Assembly (NCBI GenBank): GCA_963715295.1
Contig: CAVQRP010000006.1
Span: forward strand, 155,585 to 219,584
Length of the DNA stretch: 64,000 bases
Direction of reading: 5' to 3'
From: an uncultured Chloroflexia bacterium
GTDB lineage: Bacteria; Chloroflexota; Limnocylindria; Limnocylindrales; CSP1-4
Positions 8,179-14,893 of this stretch are shown one piece after another. The position numbers were made by a program, and so were the translations under genes. Numbering within the stretch: position 1 is the first letter of the stretch; each line of letters starts with the position of its first letter. Under the pieces are notes generated by a model that ran no database searches, was not told where the DNA came from, and saw nothing but the letters and a program-made list of their open reading frames with translations.

Positions 8179-8471
8179 CTGCCTATGAGGTCCGGCTCTC
8201 GCGGTCGGCGGCCCGGCAGTTCAAGAAGCTCGGTGACGCTGATCGTGATCGCATCCGCCGAGCCCTCGAGCGACTCGCGCATGACGTCGCCCGCCCCGGA
8301 CGCGTCGCAGGCAAGTCCGTGAAGACCATCCGTGGTGCCGACGACACCTTCCACCGGTTGCGCATCGGCGACTACCGCGTGATGTACGACGTCATCGACG
8401 CCGACCACGCGGTCCTGGTGCTCGGCATCGTCGACCGAGCCGATCTGGAGCGCTGGCTCCGTAGCAGATAG
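8175..8471 (+). CDS. RelE/ParE family toxin (no canonical start codon)
   Basis: My own translation; this ORF is not in the track. LTAYEVRLSRSAARQFKKLGDADRDRIRRALERLAHDV...FHRLRIGDYRVMYDVIDADHAVLVLGIVDRADLERWL*. The frame is open only from 8136 and has no ATG/GTG/TTG. CTG at 8175 overlaps the antitoxin stop (CTGA). Confidence 0.7.
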   Translation: MTAYEVRLSRSAARQFKKLGDADRDRIRRALERLAHDVARPGRVAGKSVKTIRGADDTFHRLRIGDYRVMYDVIDADHAVLVLGIVDRADLERWLRSR

Positions 8472-8517
8472 CACTTGGCAAAGCGGTCGCGACTAGGCAA
8501 ACAGATCGAATGTGCAT

Positions 8518-8597
8518 GTGAGCGCAGAGGTGGCGCTCAGCCGTCGGGAGCCCAGGCGGGGTTTGGGCGAAGCCACGATCATCGTGCGGTTCGAGCG
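8518..8597 (+). repeat. collapsed array repeat copy E0, fused to copy E with no cassette between them
   Basis: GAGCGCAGAGGTGGCGC...GGGAGCC-caggcgg-GGTTTGGGCGAAGCC-ACGATCATCGTGCGGTTCGAGCG. This is a tRNA-fragment remnant with a shortened right arm, and its terminal core is also the left core of copy E. Confidence 0.7.
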
Positions 8598-8787
8598 CTG
8601 TAGGCCCCTGGAATCGCCATCGAGCGCGGGCTGTGTACCCTATCCACGCACGAACGCCGTCGGGGTGTAGCGCAGCGGTAGCGCACATGCTTTGGGAGCC
8701 TATCAGGGGTGAGCGGTGAAGGCTCCGCGGTCCCGAGCGTGGCGGGCCGAGCGGTGAAGGCCTCGATTATTGTGCGGTTCGCGAGCG
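8578..8787 (+). repeat. array repeat copy E (contains a tRNA-Pro 5' fragment at 8661-8699)
   Basis: Complete unit with 38/39 identity to tRNA nt 1-39 (D-loop AGCGG variant). The right arm ends GATTATTGTGCGGTTCGCGAGCG. Confidence 0.9.
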
Positions 8788-8954
8788 TGATCCACCCAGC
8801 TGGAGGTCCGGGCAGAGTCAAGGCTGCCCGGCCCGGCCTACAGGGTCGGCGGGTCTCCCGGAGAAGATGAAGCCCTGGATCGTCCAAGGGTCCCTGTCCG
8901 GCCACTGCTCGAAGCACGACAACTCAGCTTAGCCGCCGGTCCTCCTGTACCAGA

Positions 8955-9130
8955 TCACGATGATGTCGCCGACCGAAACGCGCGCTTGTTGAGGTCATTC
9001 TCCAGCCGCTCGGGATCGGGCATCGCGTATCTGGCCTGCGAGCCCGCTTCCGCGCCATCACGGCATTTCCCAGAATGTTTAGCGGTGAGGTAGACATTCG
9101 AGACCACGAGCCCCAGTATGCCCATCCTCG
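8955..9130 (-). pseudogene. remnant of a pRiA4b ORF-3 family gene
   Basis: ...DGAEAGSQARYAMPDPERLENDLNKRAF... aligns with FEGADAKYAMPDPEWPDDDLDERAF of the intact copy at 3582-4145. The YDFGDGWEH and CPPEDCGG parts are absent. Confidence 0.45.
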
Positions 9131-9190
9131 GATGAGTGTTGTCGGTGAGCCACCGGGGTTCGACCAAACCGGCCTGATGGAGGTGTTCCC

Positions 9191-10346
9191 ATGCGGGGAA
9201 CCGACAGGGGGATTGCGATGGGGGTCGCTTTGGTGGTTGCGGTGGCTGCGCCAGTGGCGGCACAGGGACCGGCGATCACCGAAGTCATCGGCGGCTTGAA
9301 TTCGCCCCGCGGTGTCGCCATCGGCGCCGACGGCACGATCTATGTCGCCGAGGCAGGGGTTGGTGGCACCGAGCCGTGTGCGACGCATGCGGAGCTCGGC
9401 GACATGTGTTTCGGGGCCAGTGGCGCCATCACGGCTGTCGCGGGTGGTGAGGCTTCGACCCTCGTCGACGGTCTTGCTTCGGGGCTCACCGCCACCGGAG
9501 AGGCCATCGGGCCATCGGATGTGACGGTGGGTGCAGATGGGACCGTTTGGTTCCTGGTCGGAGGCCCCGCTGCTGGATCTGCAGAGTTCCGCGCAGTCCA
9601 TCCCCGACGGCGCCGCTGCCGGCATGGGCCAGCTCTATCGCGTCGATGCTGATGGTGTGGCCCAGAGCGTGGCCGACTTCGCTGATTACGAGACGACCGT
9701 CAACCCCGATGCTGACCAGCCGGGCAATGCCGAACCTGATTCGAATGCCCACGGATTGGTGGAGACGCCAGAGGGTGCCGCGATCGCGGACGCGGGCGCG
9801 AACACCCTGCTACTCGTTGATGCCGGGGGTGTCATCTCTACCCTCGCTGTCTTCCCTGTCGTGATGCAGCCCGCTCCGCCAGACCCGGAAGCCGAGCCTG
9901 ACCCGGACGCAGAGCCGCCCATGATCCCGATGGATCCGGTTCCGACAGGCGTGGCGCTCGGCGATGATGGCGCGCTGTACGTGGGAGAACTGACCGGCTT
10001 CCCATTCCCGCCCGGTGGCGCCGCCGTGTATCGCGTCGCACCCGGGGAGGAGCCTTCGGTGTACGCCGATGGCTTCACCAACGTGATCGACGTCGAGTTC
10101 GCGCTCGATGGCACGCTCTACGTGCTCGAGCTCGCTCATGAAGGGCTCTTGAGTGCGGGAGAAGACGGACCTCCCATGGGTGGGCTGTGGAAGGTTCCCC
10201 CCGGTGGTGGCACTGCAGAGCTCATCACCAGTGATGGCCTACCGATGCCCGGCGGTCTGGCCGTCTCCGCCGATGGCACGGTCTACATCTCGACCTGCAC
10301 CGGCTGCCCACCCGGCGCGGGTGGGCTCGTCAGCATCCAGCCGTAA
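9191..10346 (+). pseudogene. ScyD/ScyE-family beta-propeller protein, frame-disrupted
   Basis: Signal peptide and GGLNSPRGVAIGADGTIYVAE are in track ORF 9191..9652. The rest (GALYVGELTGFPFPPGGA, DGTLYVLE, DGTVYIS) is in ORF 9531..10346 in another frame. The frame change is near 9570-9600. Confidence 0.65.
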
Positions 10347-10433
10347 CGATCGGACCGCCCTGAGTGGAAGCGCGTCGGCATACGGCCGGCGCGCTTTCTT
10401 TCAGCTCTCAGGATGTGAGGGCCCAGCGCACCA

Positions 10434-11090
10434 TCACTGGACGGTGAGCGTGCCCACCATGCCGGCCTCCCGATGTCCGGAGATCGAGCAGTAGTACGCT
10501 GTACGTGCCGGGCTCGATATCGGTCACGGTGGCTTCGCCCACCTCGCCCGCGGCCACGACGATCACGATCCCCAGCTCGTCCACCGTCAGGTTGTGCACG
10601 ACACGCCCGGCGTTCTTGAGCCTGATCGTCCAGTGCTCCGAGCTGGAGACCGTTAGCGCAGCCGGTGTGAACCACAGGTCCCGAGCTTCCACCTCGACCG
10701 TCGCGAGCGGAGGCTCATCGGCGGCTTGCGCGCACTGCGGTCGTCCCTTGCTGGGCGGTAGCGCACGCCTCGGACGCTGACGCTGGGACCGCGTCGATCG
10801 CGCCTGTCGACATCGACCGAGGGTCCCGAAGGGGAGGGTGGCTCTGTTTCGACTCGCACGTCGTCCGCGGTGCCATCTTGCAGGAGCGCCGTTCGACCAC
10901 CGGAGATGTCCCGCTCTTCGGACGCGCAGCTCTGGTCGTCCGACATCGGCACCGCGTTCCGGACGAGCGCACTGGCTTCATCGGACAGCCCCCGTTCCTG
11001 TGGATGGCCGGCCGCCACGGTAGATCCGAGGGCGAGGACGAGCACGACGGCGGCTGATATCGAGCGGAGCAAGGTCGGACGGTGCGGCAA
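10434..11090 (-). pseudogene. secreted cupredoxin-domain protein, frame-disrupted
   Basis: Signal peptide is in ORF 10653..11090 and the cupredoxin core (FTPAALTV...HNLTVDELGI) is in ORF 10408..10692. Removing one extra base near 10500 restores GTY(A)YYCSISGHREAGMVGTLTVQ* (Cu-ligand C, H, M motif, TGA at 10434-10436). A second frame change lies near 10690. Confidence 0.5.
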
Positions 11091-11164
11091 AGTGAGTCTC
11101 CCGCGATAATCACCCCCACGGACGATACATCCTACGCTACGTGGCGCGCCAAGGGCAGACCGCG

Positions 11165-11366
11165 GATCGTGGACGCTCGTGGCTGGCTCTTGCTATCGCC
11201 ACAGAGCCTCGCTGTGTACCCTAGTCACGCACGAACTCGTCGGGGTGTAGCGCAGAGGTAGCGCACATGCTTTGGGAGCCTTTGAGGCTCAAGCGGCGAA
11301 GGCTCGGGGTCCTGAGCATGGCGGGCCGAGCGGCGAAGGCCTCGATTATTGTGTGGTTCGCGAGCG
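11165..11366 (+). repeat. array repeat copy F (contains a tRNA-Pro 5' fragment at 11241-11279)
   Basis: Degenerate left core, TTGCTATCG box, GTGTACCCTAG, and 39/39 tRNA identity. The right arm ends GATTATTGTGTGGTTCGCGAGCG. Confidence 0.9.
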
Positions 11367-11553
11367 TGATTCGCGGCGAACTCCAGATGCTGATGGCCTG
11401 GCTGTCCGAGCGAGCCGCCTGACTCTGACTCCCGGCTTGGCGGCCACGGGATAATCGTCAGTAGCGGGAGGCGACGACGCGTGGCCCGCCGACCATGGCC
11501 GCTGAGGACCACGCCGAGCCACTGGCGAACCCGGCCCGCATTCGGGGGGACGT

Positions 11554-12196
11554 GTGATGGGTCTGCGCCGAAGCTGGTGGATCTCATTCTTCGGGGTACC
11601 GCACGGCCTGCCTGGACGGCTCGGCGTCAGGCTGATGCCGAGGAGCAGCCGGCCGTTCCACAACGTGATCGCCGCGGAGCTGGACCTCCAGCCGGAGGAT
11701 GAGCTGCTCGACGTCGGCTGTGGCTCGGCGACCCTGTTCGTCGACCACGCGGGGCACGTGCGCTACGTCGCCGGCCTCGACGCCTCCGAGCTGCAGCTCG
11801 AGATGGCCCGCCGCCGGCTGGCCGAGCGCATCGCGGCGGGCACCGCGGAGATCGTCGAGGGCGATGCCGACCACTCTGCCCTGGGAGGACGGCCGCTTCA
11901 GCGTCGCCACGTCGGTCAATGCCCTGAAGTTCTTCCCCGACCCGTTGGCAGCGCTGCGGGAGATGCACCGGGTCCTGCGCCCGGGTGGTCGGATGGCGGT
12001 CACGATGGGCGAGGCGGGGACGCCCGAAGGCGCGACCGAGGCCGTGGTCGACGGTTGGGCCAGTGGCAGTGGACCGACGACGCCGCGCAGGCGGCTGGTG
12101 GAGGAGGCCGGCTTCACCGATGTCGACGTCTCGGTGATGCCGGTGTTCTCGAAGGCGCTGCTGGCCCGCGGCATGAAGCGGCGGCAGCAGCGGTGA
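11554..12196 (+). pseudogene. class I SAM-dependent methyltransferase, frame-disrupted
   Basis: The N-terminal part with LDVGCGSATL (motif I) is in the frame of ORF 11554. After about 11875 the sequence continues in the frame of ORF 11699..12196 (TLPWEDGRFSVATSVNALKFFPDP...LRPGGRMAV). Confidence 0.7.
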
Positions 12197-12249
12197 AGCG
12201 GACGCCGAGCGGCAGACCAGCCGCTGGATCGGCGTGTGAGGGCGATCCG

Positions 12250-12990
12250 ATGCGACTGGCACCATCCCTGCATCGACTCGGCGAGGCGATCGTCAGCTGC
12301 TACCTCCTCGAGGAGGCCGGCGAGGTCACCATCATCGACGCGGGCGTGCCCGCCTACTACGGCGACCTGACGGCCGAGCTCGCGGCCATGGGCCGCACGA
12401 TCGAGGACGTCCGCGCGCTCGTGCTGACCCACGGCCACGACGACCACATCGGCTTCGCCGAGCGACTGCGTGCCGAGCGCGACGTGCCCGTCAGCATCCA
12501 CGAGCTCGACGCGGCCCTCGCGCGCGGCCAGGTCGGCAACCCGAGCGCCGGCATGGGCGAGCGCAGGCTCCGTTCCCTGCTGCACTACATGCTGTGGCTC
12601 ATGCGTCACGGCGGGATGCGGACCACGGCGCTGACGGAGGTCGGCACCTTCGACCCGGGCACGACGCTGGACGTGCCGGGCGCGCTGCGCGTCATCCACA
12701 CACCCGGACACACGCACGGCAGCGTCACCTTCCATGCGCCGGGGCACGACGCCCTCTTCGTGGGTGACGCGCTGGCCACGGACGCGGTCATCACCGAGCG
12801 CCGTGGTCCGCAGGTCTGTCCCTTCGCTGCCGATCCCGACGAAGCGCTGGCCTCGCTGGCGAGCATCGAGGAGATCGAGGCGCGCTGGCTGCTGCCCGGC
12901 CACGGGGAGCCCTGGACCGATGGCGTCGCGGCCGCGGTGGCCGCCGCGCGCGAGGTCGGCATCGGCCACCTCGCTCGGCCGAAACGGTGA
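12250..12990 (+). CDS. MBL-fold metallo-hydrolase
   Basis: ATG at 12250 inside the long track ORF 11554..12990. THGHDDHIG (HxHxDH zinc motif), HTPGHTHGS, and a later LPGHG. Confidence 0.8.
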   Translation: MRLAPSLHRLGEAIVSCYLLEEAGEVTIIDAGVPAYYGDLTAELAAMGRTIEDVRALVLTHGHDDHIGFAERLRAERDVPVSIHELDAALARGQVGNPSAGMGERRLRSLLHYMLWLMRHGGMRTTALTEVGTFDPGTTLDVPGALRVIHTPGHTHGSVTFHAPGHDALFVGDALATDAVITERRGPQVCPFAADPDEALASLASIEEIEARWLLPGHGEPWTDGVAAAVAAAREVGIGHLARPKR

Positions 12991-13025
12991 AGCCCATGTT
13001 CGTGTCTGTTCAAGGAGGTGACGAG

Positions 13026-14522
13026 ATGAGTGAGCAGCGTTCTCCTGATGGCCTGTATGTCGAGGAGTCCGGGACCCCGGGCTCGCCGGCCATCGTCTTC
13101 ATCCATGGAGCCGGCCAGAGCAGCCGCGAGTGGCGTCAGCACATGGACAGGCTCCCTGGCTTCCACTGCCTGGCGCCAGACCTGCCCGGGTTCGGGCGAA
13201 GCAACCATCTCGGGTCCGCGACCAAGGAGCGCGTGGCGGACCTGCTGGCCGCCTCATCGAGGAGCGCGTCCCGACGCAAGCGCGCCAGCGTCGTGGGCAT
13301 CTCCTCGGGCGGGCTGCACATCCACGCCCTGCTCGATCGCCACCCCGACCGCGTCGAGCGGGCTGTCATCGACGGCTCACCCCCCTTTGGCACGCCGCGC
13401 ATCGGCCGCGCGATCATGCGTCTGTGCATGCTTGCCATGGCGCCATTCATCCACACTCGCCCGCTCCTGGCGCTGTTCCGCGACACCCACGACCCGGAGG
13501 ACCTGCGGGTCGCATCACGCCTGGAGTTCGGGCGCGTCGTCGGGGAGTGCTTCGGGGAGTTCGCAGCCCTCGATGCGCCGAGCCCCGCCCTGCTCATCGC
13601 CGGCGAGAAGGAGAGCATCGTCCGATCGATGAACGCCGCCCTGGCCGAGGTCATGCCCCGGGGCGAGGCCTGGTACGTCCCCGGCCTCGGACACTGCTGG
13701 CAGAAGGCGGATCCCGACCTGCACATCCGCACGGTCGAGGCCTGGGTCAGCGGACAGGAGCTGCCGTCCGAGCTCCGTCGAGAAGCCGCTCCCTCGCCGG
13801 CCAAGGTCGAGCAGGTCCGGCGCATGGGCCCGGAGTTCTGGTACGTCAGGCACAAGGGTCGGCTCATGCGCTTGGCGAGGTTCTACTTCCGGCCCTTCCG
13901 GAAGCCTCTCGCCGAGGCCTACGGCAAGGCGGCAGGGGAGGCCATCGCCAGGGACGCGCTCGGGCGCTTCGAGGTCCTGCTGCCGGACATCCCCTACATC
14001 GGCGGTGGCGAGAACAGCATGACCATCACCCTCGTCAAGGTCGCGGCCAAGCTGGCGATGTACCGAGCACTCCGGGCCCGCGGGGCATCGGAGGAGGAAG
14101 CGGCCCGCCTCATCCACCTCGGGGAGGTGGCCTTCTACAAGAGCGTTCCGATGCGCTGGGTGATGCGCTTGCAGGGTCGAGGCTTCCTCAGCCGCAGAGG
14201 CGTGGATATGTGGAGACGCATCGCTGCCACCAGCCAGGAACGCCGCTACCCGGACGACTGGGTGTACGAGATCGTCGAAGGCGACGGAAGCGACTCCGGG
14301 ATGCGGCTGGACTGTATCGAGTGCGGGGCCGTCAAGTACCTCGACCGCGAAGGTGCCTCCGAGTACGCCCCGTATCTCTGCTGGATCGACTATCCCCAGT
14401 TCGCCGCGATGGGCCTGCGGCTCGACCGCACCGAGACCATCGCGCAAGGCGGCCAGCGCTGCGACTTCCGGGTGAGTCGGGGTGAACCAACTCACGTCGA
14501 GCCCGAGTTCCTGCACGTCTGA
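13026..14522 (+). CDS. fusion protein: alpha/beta hydrolase domain plus ATC-hydrolase-like domain
   Basis: ATG at 13026 lies 5 nt after AAGGAGGTG. N-terminal IVFIHGAGQS...VVGISSGG (nucleophile elbow). The C-terminal ~230 aa are a paralog of 257-955 (PYIGGGEN, ERRYPDDW, YLCWIDYP, CDFRV). A possible compensated double frameshift lies at about 13248-13290. Confidence 0.75.
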   Translation: MSEQRSPDGLYVEESGTPGSPAIVFIHGAGQSSREWRQHMDRLPGFHCLAPDLPGFGRSNHLGSATKERVADLLAASSRSASRRKRASVVGISSGGLHIHALLDRHPDRVERAVIDGSPPFGTPRIGRAIMRLCMLAMAPFIHTRPLLALFRDTHDPEDLRVASRLEFGRVVGECFGEFAALDAPSPALLIAGEKESIVRSMNAALAEVMPRGEAWYVPGLGHCWQKADPDLHIRTVEAWVSGQELPSELRREAAPSPAKVEQVRRMGPEFWYVRHKGRLMRLARFYFRPFRKPLAEAYGKAAGEAIARDALGRFEVLLPDIPYIGGGENSMTITLVKVAAKLAMYRALRARGASEEEAARLIHLGEVAFYKSVPMRWVMRLQGRGFLSRRGVDMWRRIAATSQERRYPDDWVYEIVEGDGSDSGMRLDCIECGAVKYLDREGASEYAPYLCWIDYPQFAAMGLRLDRTETIAQGGQRCDFRVSRGEPTHVEPEFLHV

Positions 14523-14598
14523 GTCCGCTCGTCGCACGGGAGACCTGGATCCGCGACGGTGAGGCCCGTCACGGTGTACGACCTCGAACGCCCAAGGG

Positions 14599-14807
14599 TT
14601 ATCGTGCGGTTCGAGCGCTGTAGGTCCCTCGGCGTCGCTATCGGGGCGCCGTGTGTACCCTAGTCAGGCACGAACACTCGTCGGGGTGTAGCGCAGCGGT
14701 AGCGCACATGCTTTGGGAGCCGCTGAGCGCTCTGCGGCGAAGGCTCCGGGGTCCTGAGCGCGATGGCCGGAGCGGTGAAGGCCTCGATTATTGTGCGGTT
14801 CGCGAGC
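14599..14807 (+). repeat. array repeat copy G (contains a tRNA-Pro 5' fragment at 14682-14720)
   Basis: Complete unit: TTATCGTGCGGTTCGAGCGCTGTAGG, GTCGCTATCG, GTGTGTACCCTAG, and 38/39 tRNA identity. The right arm ends GATTATTGTGCGGTTCGCGAGC. Confidence 0.9.
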
Positions 14808-14893
14808 ACGACCGGCTCGACTGGCGTCGCGCACGACCGTCGCCACCGATACACCCCGACGGTGCGCAGCCGCCTCGAGTCCTCGGTAGGCGG

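Noticed and set aside
8725-8760. The right-arm segment CCGGGGTCCTGAGCGTGGCGGG resembles the tRNA 5' start CGGGGTGTAGCGCAGCGG. It could be an older, nested tRNA fragment.
   Set aside because: Similarity is limited to about 12-14 of 20 positions and fades quickly. I cannot separate it from compositional bias, so I mention it only as a possibility.
11584-12969. Long antisense or overlapping ORFs throughout the track, for example 11584..12969(-), 13515..14537(-), 19990..21312(-), 21912..23060(-), 27202..28995(-), 45421..47496(-), 52178..53914(+), 53776..55536(+), 55708..57474(+) and 39455..40303(-).
   Set aside because: Their translations are Arg/Ala/Gly/Pro-rich with no recognisable motifs. Each lies opposite a gene with clear family signatures. 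They are typical shadow ORFs of high-GC DNA.
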